A stretch of DNA of 64,000 nt from contig CM022665.1 in NCBI GenBank assembly GCA_012295275.1, forward strand, positions 48,732,001 to 48,796,000, given 5' to 3'. Below are positions 13,674 to 28,625 of the stretch, piece after piece. This DNA is from Chrysomallon squamiferum (lineage: Eukaryota; Animalia; Mollusca). Both the position numbers and the translations under genes were made by a program. The number at the start of each line of letters is the position of its first letter. Position 1 is the stretch's first letter. The notes below the pieces were generated by a model that was not told the DNA's origin, ran no database searches, and was given only the letters and a program-made list of their open reading frames with translations.

Positions 13674-14918
13674 TTTGTTATTTATCACTTTAGGATGAGT
13701 TATCACCCAAGAACAAGACTTTTCGAATTTTAAAAAATTATCCTTTTTTTATGTTTTTCTTCTCCTTTTTTTTTTGCAATATTAAGTGTTAAAACTGGTG
13801 AATATTTGTTAATAGTGGCAAAATCTTCAAACATAAATAATTTAATAAGTATATGTGTGTATGTTAAGAGTGTATTGTTACTTCTCATCTGATAACTTCT
13901 ATATTTCTAACGTTGTTCTACTTTTTTATTAGCAAAGGCTAGATTTTATTACTGGCAAAGACTAATAAATAATTTTAGATTTGTGATCTCATAAATACTT
14001 AGGCAGAAATACAAAGTTTGTAATGATTCTATGTGGTTTTCATTTATAGTGATGAAATGAGAACTATTATATTGTAAATGGTTATTTTATTTTAATTTTT
14101 TTTATATTTAATGCTTAGGTCTGTTAAAATGGTTTACAATTTTTACCATTGGCAGATTTATGACATATAAAACAAAATATTTTAGTTTTGTGGAATAGAT
14201 ATGATGAGGAATTGACTGCACAGATTGACAGTTATGTGAATAATATTGTATAACTATAATGCTAATATGGAGTGCTAATTATTTTTCTTATTCATGTTAA
14301 TGTATGATTTAATGGTATCTGAATGAGGTCTCTATCACGTAAAACGAGTAACATGAGACTGAAATATATTCTGTGACACATACATTCATTTCATTTAGAC
14401 AGATATTTATTAAAACATTATAATTATTGGCTTCAGTCATATGATTTAGTATTGAAAAAGCTGAAATATAATTATATTGTATTGCTATACTACCTGGACA
14501 CAGTTGAAATATTAAAATATCTTCTTTACCAACCAAGGTCATCACTAGTTGTCATTTCGACTTTATAAACAAAATTCTAATATCTAGAAGAAACATTGGT
14601 AGTTTATCTTATTTCTGATCATCTGTGAATATATAAATAAATCATCCAACAGCAGAAAGCTGAAGGGCTTAGAATAAGCTTAGAACACTGTTGTCAGTTA
14701 ACTGGTATACTGAAGTATGAAAAATCAATAAATACATAAATAATTTTAAAGTATCCTTTATATAGATAGACACATAGATAGACAGATAGATATTTTTAAA
14801 GTAGTATTAACGCAGTTTTTTTTTATAGTACATGCAGCTAAATGTAACTGATAAATTTAACTATTCAGACACAATGGATTTTATGAAATCTATCAGCAAA
14901 TGATCCAAAAATATTTCT
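9361..14918. repeat. ~3.2-kb non-coding tandem segmental duplication
   Basis: 9361-11720 matches 12580-14918; near-identical spurious ORFs at 11113 and 14309 give an offset of 3196. Confidence 0.9.
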
Positions 14919-14988
14919 GCCAAAAACGTAGAACAATGTATAATGAAATAGAGCAAAATAAGTAACTTTTCAGTATCATTAAATCAAC

Positions 14989-15206
14989 TAGGTAGAGAAT
15001 GGGCTGCTTTCCATGCCTGTTGCATATGTTGGTCCTGCATGCATAGCTGAGTAACTGCTTTAGCAGAGCCTCTCCACTGAATGAATTAATTTTCTCTGAT
15101 TTCACAATGATGTGAAGAGCTGTTCCTCCAAACCGATCCTGGTTGTCAATTTGATGCCTTGCTGCTGGTATGTTTTCCATTATGTACTTGAACAAATCAT
15201 GTACAC
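14989..15206 (-). pseudogene. Orphan truncated ankyrin exon, paralog of exon 4
   Basis: GVHDLFKY...GGTALHII...HGKQPILYL, after which homology is lost. Confidence 0.8.
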
Positions 15207-16097
15207 CTAAAAACAGACAAGGAAAAGTCATCAGGCCAAAGACAGTAACTTAGAATATACAAAATATATTTAAGGTAGATGTTAGGTGATAAATGACAAA
15301 ATTTTACTAAACAAAATTGTTTACTTAAATGATTTACTTTTTCAGATAAATTTATTGTTGTCATTTAGACTTTATAAACAAAATTCTGACTTCTTGGAGA
15401 TTTATGAAGATATAAAATATTTTATTTTTGTGGAATAGATAAGAACTGACTGCACAGACAGTTTTAATAATACACTAACTGTCAGTTAATCTTACTTAAG
15501 ATGTTTGAATGCTTTCCTCTAAACATCGTAAAATGTTAACTATAACACCGTTTAGATAAAACATTGTTGATGTGTGATTTAATGGTATCTGAGTTAGATT
15601 ACTGTCACATAAAAAAGTAACATGAGACTGAAATATATTCTGTGACACAAATTTCATTTAGACTGATATTTATTAAAACATATTTATAATTATTGGCTTC
15701 AGTCATATGATACACTATTACAACAATCTGAAATATATTCTATCGCTGTATTGCCTCTATATTTGCAAAACTGGAAACAGCTGAAATATCAACAAATCTT
15801 CTTTACTGACCAACGCCATCAATAGTTGTCATTTAGACTTTATAAACAAAAATCTGAGCTGTTGGGTTTGCCAGTGAAGATAAAAACAGTGTTTTACTTA
15901 TTATATAATAGTTTAAGTTGATAACTAGAAGAAACATTGCTAGTTTATCTTATTTCTGGTCATCTGTGAATATATAAAACAAACCAAACAACAGCAGAAC
16001 ACTGAAGGGCTTAGAATCAGTGCAGCAGAATTGTTTTGTCAAGGTAAATATAAAAACTGAAGTTAAATGGAAACAAGCACGAACATAGACATTCAAA

Positions 16098-16135
<38 letters not shown>

Positions 16136-16949
16136 TTACCACTACCACTACCACTACCACTACTACTACTACTACTACTAGCACTACCACTACCACTACT
16201 ACTACTACTACTACTAATAATAATAATAATAATAAAAAAATATTTAATAAGCACATGTGCCTATGTTAAAAATGTATATTTGTTGCTCATCTGATAATTT
16301 CTATACTTCTAAGGTCATTCTACTTTTTTATGCTATGCTGGCAAAGATTAATAAATAATTTTAGACTTGTGATCTCAGTTAAATACAGAAACTGATATAC
16401 AGTGTTTTAATGATTCTAGATTATTTTAATTTATAGTGATAAAATGATAACTGTAAATGTATATTTAATTGTTTTGTTTATACTGATAAAATGATAACTA
16501 TTATTTTACAAATTTTTATTGAATTTTTTAATTTACAATAATAAAATAACTATTATTTTATTTTGTATGTTTTTATTATTATTATTATTATTTTTTTTTA
16601 TGACACTAATTATGTTTCTTTAATAGCTGTCATTCTTTATTTCAGTTTACTTATGAGAAACAGCAACATTCCAATATGAAGTCATGAATACAATTACATA
16701 ACAGAGAACCGTGTCTATTACTGAATGGAAATATCGATGTAAATTAGGAAATGAGTTCTGAAACTAAAACAGAAGTACAGTTCTAGAAATTAAATAATAA
16801 TTTAAATAATTTAATAAACAATAAATTTCTTTAAACAACAACAACAGCAACACATAATAATAATAATAATAATAATAATCCAAATTTAGTTTGCAAAGAA
16901 ACTGTAAATCTGCACTATGACTGTGTCAAATATAACAAATATAATTTAA

Positions 16950-17342
16950 CTTGAGTTGCGAGCCAAAATACGAGATACGCCACCGCTATTTGGCAGAACC
17001 AACGACACATTATTCGCCGAGCATCCCGCGTCTCCCTCGTTTGCTTAGTGTGGTTACCTCGCCGTGGAAGCATGTTGTCTTGTGCTCACTTTTAGAGCAG
17101 AATTCTGCGAAATTTCTATGCGAAATCCTAACCCTGTACACTTTACTAAACCAGTTTAATCCTTTACATTCTCTTTTATTTGTTTTTATACAATATTTGG
17201 TACAAAAAACTGGGGTGGTTTTGGGTGGCTGGAACGGGTTAATGGTATTTCAATTAATTTCATTTCGGAAAATTGGTTTGATACACAAATTTGAGTTATG
17301 AGCTCGGTCACGGAACGAATTAAACTCGTAAGTCAAAGTACC

Positions 17343-17346
<4 letters not shown>
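16950..17346 (+). mobile_element. Tigger/pogo-like non-autonomous remnant
   Basis: Ends with a TIR whose reverse complement is CAGTGGTACTTTGACTTACGAG; shares sequence with 23130-23260. Confidence 0.65.
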
Positions 17347-17398
<52 letters not shown>

Positions 17399-18669
17399 AA
17401 AGAAAATTGAAAAAAAAAACAATAAGATCAAAACAAAATACAAAACAGAAAATAAACTAAACTAAACAAAAAAAAAAATAAATAAAATAATCCATGAGGG
17501 AAAAAAAGAAGAAAAAAACAAACAAACAAAAACAAACCAAAGATTCAACATACTTGAGTTTAAACATCTGTTTCTAAGAATACGTCAACAATTGAATGTC
17601 GTCATTCAAACCAAGAGAAGAGCGAGCTATTAATTTCATTTTCGTAAATCAAAATGTAGGGTTAAGTTTAGGACTATAAAATTAAAACAATTAGTGTAAG
17701 GAAATATGTTAAAATAAGGCTTTTATAAAGTTTAAAATAACTGATTTCAATAAACCTCTAACGTAAAATTGTAATAGGCAAGGTCAGTTACAGATAGGAT
17801 TAGCATTAGGAATAGAGTTAGGGTTGGGTTTCACGTTCGGGTTAGAAGAAATGTAATTAGCTATTTGTATCAAGATTATTTTTTATATAAAACCTCTGTT
17901 ATTGGGAAAAATTTAAATAACTTTTATTAAAAAAAAAAAACCCATTACGCTGAGTGTTATGATAAAATTTAATATCATTTGAAAAAATAATCTTTATTTC
18001 AACAGACACTAATTTATCATATTGTAATGAGCAATGTTATGGGTAGGGTTAACCGTAGGGTTAGGATTAGCATTAGATTTCCGGTCTGGGTTGGGATTAG
18101 GCTTATGGTTAGAGTTAGTATCATATTAATTTCTTAAAGTTATTTTTTATTTTATCCTATCACTCATTATAAGCTTTCCGAAGTTAATTTTTTGGTAATA
18201 TCAGTTATTTTAAAAGTTTGTCTTAACACATATCATATTTAAAAAAAAAAATTTAAACATTTTTTTTATCTTTATAGGGAAAGAAATATAGAAAATTTGA
18301 ACCCTATAATAATAATAATAATAATAATAATGATAATAATAATAATAATAATTATTATTATTATTATTATTATTATATTTATATTTATTTACATGTTATT
18401 CTTTTCATATATGGTAAGTCTCATTAATTTTATTAAAGGGTAAACCAACCCAAATACGTGGTAAATCCAAAGAGTGTTTTTCATTTGACCTTATGGCAAC
18501 ATATCTGAGTACTCCCCACCTCACCACAAACATAATAATGTCCTTATTGGCAGTATTCAAAAAGCCACACTTTTGTATCACCATTCTAGTTAGAGGATGT
18601 TTCAATTTCATGTATTTCACGAAAGTGACACTGAAGGGTGACTCTGTTTTGTTGCTGTTACAGGAACAG

Positions 18670-19110
18670 TATTAATTGTCGTAGTAGTCATAGTAGCAGT
18701 ATTAGTTGTTGTAATAGTTGTAGTAGCAGTATTAATTGTTGTAATAGTTGTAGTAGTTGTAGTAGCAGTATTAGTTGTTGTAATAGTTGTAGTAGTTGTA
18801 GTAGCAGTATTAGTTGTTGTAGTACTTGTAGTAGCAATATTAGCTGTAGCTGGATTATTTGTTGTTGTAGTACTTATAGTAGAACTGTTAGTTGTTGTAC
18901 TAGTCCAACTAGCTGTGTTAATTGTTGCAATAGTGGTGGTACCAGTATTAGTTGTTTAGTGGCTATAGTAGCAGTATTAATTGCAGTTGTAGTACTTGTA
19001 TTATCTGTAGCAGAATTGTTAATGATTACAGTAGCAGTTGTTCTAGTAGTTGTATTTGCTGTTGCAGCAGTGTTCGTTGTAGTAGTGTTATCAGTAGCAC
19101 TACTGCCCTG
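18670..19110. repeat. Cryptic (GTA/GTT/GCA)n simple repeat
   Basis: agtagcagtattagttgttgtaatagttgt periodicity. Confidence 0.85.
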
Positions 19111-20713
19111 TAGTAACAACAACTGTGGTATTTATACCTGTCTTTGTTATAACGTTAAACACGGATTTCTATGAAACTGTTTCACCAGATACATATCTCT
19201 TCTCTATACTGGCTATAGAAAATCTTATAAAAGCTGACACTGGGATTCCCATAAACTATAGATCTATATCGGGCAAGTTACTACTCGAGTTGGCTTGGCT
19301 TTAGGGCTATCCGACATAGAATCTATGTATGCACATATAGTTATAAATACAGTATCATGTTTTTTGTACACTTGAACACAACAGACACAAAACATTTATA
19401 AAATCAGTAGTAGCGCTAGGCTGAACATTCAGTATAGAAGTAAAAAATACTATAGACGGCTTAACATATTGTAATCTGTCACAACAATCACATACGGGTT
19501 AACAAGGGTCAATACAGAACTAAAGAATAATATAGATGGATTGAAATATATATATAAAGTTACACAATGCGTTTAATGGACTTCGGCCTTTCCCCTGAAA
19601 TCGATCCAGTTCTCCTCTAACAAAAAAAAAATAAATAAATAAAATAATAATAATAAAAAAAAAATCTCCGTTCTTTTAGTAACAAGAAAAGAGACTCGTA
19701 TTATTTATCAGCGTGTTCTGACCCTTGCCGGCAGACGTCTGTCGCCAGATCATTCTGCTGAACAAAAGCCCGTAACATATACCTCTGCGCAGGTGAAAAT
19801 TAATCCCGAAATTTCCCGGGAGACCGAATCAACAATCATGATACCAGTGACATTTTACAAATAGAAGATAAACACAATTTTCCGTCACAAAAGTGCTAAT
19901 TTTTATATGTATATAGTCATAAGATTGTGTATATATATGAAATAGAGAATAAATAAATGAACTATAAACACTAAGAAAAGTTTATATATACATATAACTG
20001 TACATACACACATACACACATACATATATATATTTAATAGTAATTATAACAAGTAAATAAACTGACAGGATAAGTATATAATAAAATTTCTCTTTAACCG
20101 TTTTAAGATTTAGAATTAAGATAATTAGCTATGGCGAGTTTTGTGTAACAAACAAACAAAATTTTTAAATTTGTCAGCCTGGGCTGGCTATTTTAGCTCT
20201 TTGAATGTTTTTATTGATATCAACAAGACTATAATAATTGGTAATCTTTGCACAGGTTAGGTAAGATATTTTTCTCACTGGATTTGCTACCGTCATTGTG
20301 TCAATAACGGCTTATTTGTTTCACACACACACACACACACGCACACACACGCACATACACACCTACACAACTTAAAACTTATAGAAATATAATTACTCTG
20401 CTCTAAATAGGTTTTAGTTGACTGATTCCGTTTTTTAAATTAGGTTTCTCAAAGTCTGTAAATATTTTGGCTGCTTTTCTTTTGTATTATTACAAAATAT
20501 GTTTTTAAATTAATAAACTTAAGCTGTTGGTGTGTTATTTATCTAGTGCATGGGGGTAGTATTATACCTTCATGATACTCAGTTTAAATGTACTGACCAC
20601 AGTGTTCTAAACACCTACATACCCTAGTCGGTGATAATGAGCACCTTAGGCACTGGCACCGTGACAACAACAACAACAGCAACAACAATAACAACAACAA
20701 CAACAACAAAATC

Positions 20714-20768
<55 letters not shown>

Positions 20769-21250
20769 CGAAAAAATAATAAAAACTCTTATTATCGTAA
20801 ATTCTATAAAATCTGATTTTCTTTTGCTTGGACTGTATTGTTTGTGCAACCCACCTTTTATTAGCAGCTGAATTAACATGCAACAAAACACCTGTGGTTT
20901 GATTTAGTCTTCACAGGAAGAGTATAACATTCGATACCCAGTATTAAATTAAAGAAGATTTATTTCTGAAGTATTTTATCTGTGTCAGTCACGCGGTCTT
21001 TCTGAATCACGCTAGCAGCTGATTGTTGTTGTTCAGCCATGAGAGAAAAAAGTATTTCTTATCAGTATCAGGTCCGTCCTGAGTTAAATTCTAGGTGCCT
21101 ACTGTTGTGTACTATATGTTATTATATCATTAATCTAAAGTAATGACATTCAGGATAGATGTTCGATAATATTCACAAACGTATTGGCTTGACCCGAACT
21201 GAATAAAAGTCATCTGCTAACGAATGTTTTTATTTTATCTTTAAAAAGAT

Positions 21251-21321
<71 letters not shown>

Positions 21322-22123
21322 AATAAATAATAATGAGAAAATAATAATAGTACTACTACAACTACAACTATTAATACTAACGATAATAATAATAATAATA
21401 ATAATATTTATACTACCACTACTCTACTACTACTGCTACCACTACTACTACCAGTACTACTAGTACTACTACTATTACTATCATTATCACCAAACGTATA
21501 CTACTAGTAATAATAATTGATCTGTTAATTACTTTTGTTATTTTATTTATTATATTTACTAATTTATTTATTTACTTATTAATTAATTGATTAATTAATT
21601 AATTTATTTGTAATTAACGCTTGTGATAATTTTTAGAAAATTATTTCTTCTTCACTTTGCTACCCTTTTTTTGTCTGCACTTGAATTAATTTTGTGAAAC
21701 ACTTCTGACTGCGTGTATGCAAAACGTGACTAACCAGGGTGAAGTATGTTTCGCCTCGGTAAACAAATAGAATGTAAACTTCTGTTAAACTGAACATGTA
21801 GGTATGAACACTGGCGTGTGAGTATCTACACGTGACTTAATGTCAACTTCTTTTTATGTCTAATAGTTGTGTTACTATTCTTTTTTTTCTTTTATCTTAG
21901 CCAGATCTAGTATCATCCAGTTTGCCGTTTAATTTGTGACAGGATTTATTTTTCCTGAGTGCGTGCGTGTGTTTGTTATTAGTGGTGATTAAAGATATCT
22001 AACAAAGTCCTGAATCTAGCAACTTTATTAAACAAATAAATATAAAAAAAATATAAAAATAAAAAGTCGAAATACTCTTCTCTGACATAAAATAATAGCT
22101 TTTACTCGCTGAGATTAGTCACA

Positions 22124-22185
<62 letters not shown>

Positions 22186-22327
22186 CACATAAACACAAGT
22201 GTACATAAAAAACTGTATATTATTACTATATTTCATATAATAATTAATATTAGGAAATAAATTTAATTATACTTAGAGAAAATAATAATTTTACTCATTG
22301 CGATTTGTTACACACACAAACACACAC

Positions 22328-22406
<79 letters not shown>

Positions 22407-22687
22407 GATTAATTCGCTATTAAAATAATAACATTTATTAAATTTACAAATATTACAATTATACCTCTAGTTTATATATGTGATATATGTGATATTGTGT
22501 TATTTTTAATAAACGTGACTCTTAAAATATTTGAAGCATATATCTCTTATACGCACCTGAATGAACCTGACATTGTCAAACACTTAAAAACTGCTGTTAT
22601 TCAAGCATAGAAACAAACAGTAGTTTTAGATTAGTCAACTAATGATATACGTACTATATTATAATACATTTAAATAATTAGTTTAAA

Positions 22688-22789
<102 letters not shown>

Positions 22790-23129
22790 AATCAAAAATT
22801 AGAATGAAAGTTAGTGCATAAGGTAATTGCATCATCTGCTATAATTATGTTACGTATATTGTTTAAGCTATTAACAGTGCTGACATAATGTTCAATCCCC
22901 TATTTTGTAAATGTATTGATAAATGTTACCATCCCCAAATTCTGTAGACAAATAGAGCTGGAAATAAGACAATATTTTTATATAATAATTGAATGTTAGA
23001 TTAGGAAATAAATTTAATTACACGACAAAGAATAATAACATTTATTCATTTAGATTTATAACGCTGTTTGTGTTTATGTTAATTTATATTATTTCCCATT
23101 GCCTATTTTCTTTTCTTTCTTATTTAAAT

Positions 23130-23470
23130 ATAGTTACGAGCGAGCTTCAGATACGCCGCCGCATGTGGCGCAACGAACAACACAACTACTGCCCAGCATC
23201 CCGCGTCTCACTCGTTTACTTCACGTGGTTATCTCGCCTTGGAAATATCTCTGTTGTGTTGTGCTGGCGTTTTGTGCAATATTTTGTCAATTTGTTTTTC
23301 TGACCATGAATTCTAAGAAAGGAGTGCAAAGGACATTGCCGAGAGGAAGCGGATGATGTCCATTGAATTAAAGCATGAAATCATAGAAACACATGAGTGA
23401 GGTGTGCGTGTAGTCGACTTGGCTAAGGAGTATGAGTGTAATACTTGTACGATATGTATCATACTCAAGC
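23130..23470 (+). mobile_element. Tigger/pogo transposon remnant (CENP-B-type HTH)
   Basis: MSIELKHEIIETHE*GVRVVDLAKEYECNTCTICIILK; the upstream part resembles 16955-17070. Confidence 0.75.
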
Positions 23471-24011
23471 TCAGTTTATTTAGTTTTTTCTAAGAAAGTG
23501 TGGTCATATTATTATCAATACATTATCTTAATAATAATCTAAATCATAACATGAAATATATAAGGTGGACACAAAATTGTTAGGAATAGTTACTGTCATA
23601 CATCATGTTTTTATTTTAGAACAATCAGAAGTATTCATAATTCCATGATCACAATTTAAATAATAATAATAATAATAATAACAACAACAACAAAAATAAC
23701 AACAACAATAACAATAATAATAAATTTACCGGCACCGTTTAACTCAATTAATGATTTTTGAAAAAAAAACGAAAAAACAATAATAACTTAACATTACTGT
23801 TCTTGTGTGTGTGTGTTCAGAATCTAAACAAAAGTCCTAAAGCTAAGATTCTTATATTATTATACATGATTCTATTGCTGTGTATGAAATCAAACTTTCT
23901 GAACTAGGATACTTTTATATTTATTAAATGGATGCAAAAACTATAGAAAAGTTGAGCACAACGTTTTTGTCAAAGGTAAATATAAAAACTGACGTTAAAT
24001 GCAAACAAGCA

Positions 24012-24310
24012 CAACTACTACTACTACTACCACTACTACTACTACCACTACTACTACTACTACTATTACTACTACTATTACTACTACTACTACTACTATT
24101 ATTACTACTACTACTATTACTACTACTACTACTACTACAACTACTACTATTACTACTACTACTACTATTACTACTACTACTACTACTACAATTACTACTA
24201 CTACTACTACTACTATTACTACTACTACTACTATTATTACTACTACTACTACTATTACTACTACTACTACAACTACTATTACTACTACTACTACTACAAC
24301 TACTACTACT
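24012..24310. repeat. (ACT)n microsatellite
   Basis: Direct. Confidence 0.95.
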
Positions 24311-25228
24311 AATAATAATAAAAATAATAATACAGAAAAAGTATTTGTTATTTATTACTTTAGCATGAGATCACACAGTTTTTTTTTCTAGTTTTTTTTT
24401 TTATCCTTTTCTTTCCTCCTTTTTTTGTTATATTAAGTGTTAAAACTGGTGAATATTTCTTAATAGTGGTAAAATCTTTAAACAAAAATAATTTATGTTA
24501 AGAATGTATATTTGCTTCCCATCTGATAATTTCTATACTTCTAATGTCGTTCTACATTTTTATTAGCAACGGTTACATGCTATTACTGCAAAGGCTTGTA
24601 AATAATTTTAGACTTATGATTTCAGATAAATACTTAGACTGAAACTTTGTAATGATTTTGGATGGTTTTAATTCATAGTGAAAAATTATAACTGCCATTA
24701 TTTTTTTAATTTATATTTAATTTTTTAATTTATAATGATAAAATGATAATTATTATTTTGTAAATTCACATTCTTATTTATTTATTTATTTATGCTTATA
24801 ATAATTATTATTTAATTTTTAAAACCAAATGAGTCATAAAATTAGCATTATTGCTCTTAATAAATTAAACATAAATTGTTTACTTAAAGTATTTTGCGTT
24901 GTGTTATTTTTTTTTTTACTGTAATAACACTTTCTAAGAAATTATAAATGTCAGTATTTTAAGAGAAGTTGATCAAAAACAAATAAATTAAAACGCTGAG
25001 AGCCCAGATGTATGCATAATTATAAAACAGGCAACAAATATTATATTCAGCCATATTTCGAATTCTGTTTTACACTTTAAATTACTCTAAAAATGCTAGG
25101 ATATAATTTTTAAGGTAAAACGATTGAAATATAGTATAACATCTAATTTACCAATATCCATCTGCAATATCAATTAACAGAAAATATCAGTCGCATATTT
25201 ATATATATATATTTATATATGTGCGAAG

Positions 25229-25273
<45 letters not shown>

Positions 25274-25368
25274 TTATATAAATATTATATTTGTATCTTT
25301 GAGAAGATATAAATATATATAGGTTAATTCAGTAAGCAGTTATTTCTTTTATCCGTGTGTGTGCGTGC

Positions 25369-25404
<36 letters not shown>

Positions 25405-26570
25405 TCTCCAACTTCTAACAATAGGTTGGTCATCTACAACAAGAGAAAAAAAATGTTTCGTTATTAGTTTGTAACGGTATGAAATATAAAATAATATTAT
25501 TTTAAACAAATAAAAAGACAAACACAAATACATTCTAAATCAGTAATTCAGACGCTCGTAAACACACCTAATTAATGTTTGTTCAATAACTTGGTTTCTT
25601 GGTTATCTCGAAACGCGAATATAAACTTAAAACAGAATACATTTTTTTCTGTTCTAATCAGTACGTGTGATATATATAAATATAAAATAGTAAAGTAAAA
25701 GCAATATAAGAAAAGGAAAAAAGAAAAACCTAAATATTGTTAGCCTCTAAGGAATAAACTTGTTTATCCTGGCAATAGTTCCCTGTCGTCTGCTCCACTG
25801 GTTAATTATCTCATCCGGCCGTAATCTGAGTAATACAAAGAGAGAAATGTTAAAATCTAAATTAACTTTATTATTTTCGATTAACTTTATTATATTGATA
25901 TAGTGTATACTAGCCAATGTGCATTTCAAGACTGTTGAACATATTTCAGTGCAGTGAAGAAAAATCTTAAAACGAAATTTTTAACAGTTATAGTTACTCG
26001 TGAGTTGTTATTGCGGGTTAATTCCTTCTTAGCAGCCAGTTAGCTTATTTTCTAATTTGTCGTTAATATAGCACAAGGCAGCTGTATTGCAATCCTGCTG
26101 TCTTTATGACGTTGAGTAAAACATTAGTTTCAAAACACACACACGCACACACACACATATGCATATAAGAATACATATACATGTACATACATATATACAC
26201 ACATATACATAAACACATACACAGATAAATGTGTGTGTATGTATATATATTTCTTTACATTCTCTTTTATTTTGTTTTTTATACAATATGTGCCATTTGT
26301 ATAAATACAATATACATATATATATACACACACACATACACATACATACATACATACGTACATATATACACACACACACACACACACATATATTGATAGA
26401 TAGGTAGACAGATATAGATATATGTTTCAAAATTATATAATTATTTCCTCTGTGTGTGTGTGTGTGTTTGTGTGTTTGTGTGTTTGACGAAGTTTTGTGT
26501 GTTTCCGTCTGTATGTATAATACATATTTAATATCTGATTATTATTATTATTTTTTTTTTTTTTAAATAG

Positions 26571-26770
26571 CCGATCGGCTCACCGCCTGAGCTTTGTCCT
26601 GGTTCTAATCCCGTCAAGGACAGAAAACAATGATACACTGTGCAAAGACGCTACCCGAATCTGGACAACAGATGCTATTGATTGCCGGCAGAAAAAAAGC
26701 AGGTCGCTATGTGAAAATCATTAAAAACAATAATCCAGATTATTGAACTGAAGTCTGCGGGGCACCAACA
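26571..26770 (+). pseudogene. Possible F-type lectin/F5-8C exon relic
   Basis: Poly-T/AG acceptor followed by TLCKD...DC and AGRYVKII...*TEVCG, with stops. Confidence 0.25.
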
Positions 26771-28052
26771 GGTTGAGGTGTTACAGTTATACAGTTGTAT
26801 ATATTTTGTATCATTTTTATTAGTTTTTAGTTATTTATTTATTTACTTTATAAGCTGGGGTATAACTACGGAAAATAGTGTCTGACGGAAGCAATGAAAT
26901 TACGTCTCTGATCAGACATCTGAAACGTTATTCAGGTAACCTTTCCATAGAAATAAGCTGAAAAACACCAGTCAAGTTTAGTAGAAAGCGTTCAGTGGCG
27001 CCCTCTTTAAATCGCGTCCACAGTTCGTTCAGAGCTGTCATATCTTAGTACTGTTGTAATAATGTATACCTAGGGAATACCGCAAGGGCCAGACAACGAA
27101 TCTTTGTTCTTGGGATGAATAAAAGTTACCGTCAGCTTTTAAGTGAGTTTACTGCGCCAGAACATTACAAAAACATACAAATTGTCAGCTGCAGCATGTT
27201 CCGTGCTTGTTCCACGACTCACTGCTACACACGAGAAGATGGTGTAGCTCACGGACGTCGATGTCCAGCCATGGACGTCAACCATTCGCAGAACCAAAGA
27301 AATCTGCCTACAGAAGAACAAAGACAATGTTTATTTATAATATAATATTATCATTATTATATTCGTAGTTGCTTTATTCCAAATTTGCATCACTTCAGGT
27401 ACTAAATGGTAAAATTAATGTTTTTTGGACTTCAGAAAATTAAAAGTCAAGCTGTAGCTTTGTTTCACATCAGGTAGTAGATGATGACATCGTGTGTGTA
27501 CTAGATTCATACTTGATGACGGTGACTAAACTTGTTTAATAAACCGATATTTATTTTATTTCATTTCATTAATTAGTTAATCTAATATTTATTAATGCCA
27601 CATCTAGACAACTATTATTACACCAAAATCATTTTAGATTAGAACTGAACGTGTATTTTGAAAGAGTGAAAAGAAATCCACATTCAAATAGTTTGTTATA
27701 TAATACAAACAAAGAAAATTAAAGTTAAAATATTTAAAAAGTGGAATTATAAATATTTCTAAAAATTATACAAAGAAACTGTTTTGAATTCAAAGGTTGA
27801 AAAACGTCTTTTTACAGTTACTATTGATGATTGCAGGTAAGTTTTTAACAGAATTGAGTAATTTTATTTATTTGAAGTGGTGCATTAAAAAGTAATTACG
27901 TGGGCGATATTGCCAGTGGTTGTCAGTTCGTGACTACGACGTTGTATATATTCAACCCTCCATCATTCTCAGAGTTTAAACTGATTTGTCAGTTATTTTG
28001 TTACATTTTCGACATTTATTATACTCGTGTCAAATATTTTATACAGGTAAAG

Positions 28053-28625
28053 ATGTCTGCTGACGAAAAACGGAAAATTGATGTAGTGAGAAGAATATTC
28101 AACAATCACTGCAGTAACAAATATTGTTCTGTTCAGCACAAAGAAGGTACTGTACGTGTACTCTGCCGTAATGAAGGAATACAACACTGAACGTTATTAT
28201 ACAACAAAAAATACACTGGTAGGTCAAGTTCGAATTGACAGTCTAGAACAAATGACAAAGTTAATTAAGAAGCAACAAGCAGTGTTTACTCATTATAAGA
28301 AAGACTCTGAACTTGCAACAAAGCTCAGCTTCAAAATCTGTGAATCAATCGCAGAAAAGGGGAAACCGTTCAGTGATGGAGAATTCAAAAATAGTTGCTT
28401 GAGCATATTTACTGATTTTGCATGTCCGCACCAGAAGTATTTTTTGCAGTATTTATTACTGTGTCGCGCGGGATAAATCAACTTGCAGAAAGTATCGAAA
28501 AGTCTTTAAAAGAGAAAATAAAGAGATGTGCAGCATATACTTTGGCTCCTGATTAAAGCACAGATGTAAGTGACACTGCACAGTTGGTTGTATTTGTACG
28601 AGGAGTTACTGACAATTACAAGTTT
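28053..28625 (+). mobile_element. Degenerate hAT transposase (SPIN/Charlie, GTF2IRD2-like)
   Basis: KRKID..RIFN; MKEYN.ERYY; IAEKGKPFSDGEF; D*STDVSDTAQLVVFVRGV, with frameshifts. Confidence 0.85.

Noticed and set aside
18638-19174. Cys-rich metallothionein/keratin-like or mucin-like ORFs
   Set aside because: Translations of a cryptic trinucleotide repeat with no splice or homology support
23928-24391. Poly-Leu/poly-Thr ORFs (similar ones at 12051, 16017, 20584)
   Set aside because: Microsatellite translations
26104-26430. CV/YI-rich ORFs
   Set aside because: (CA/TA)n low-complexity DNA
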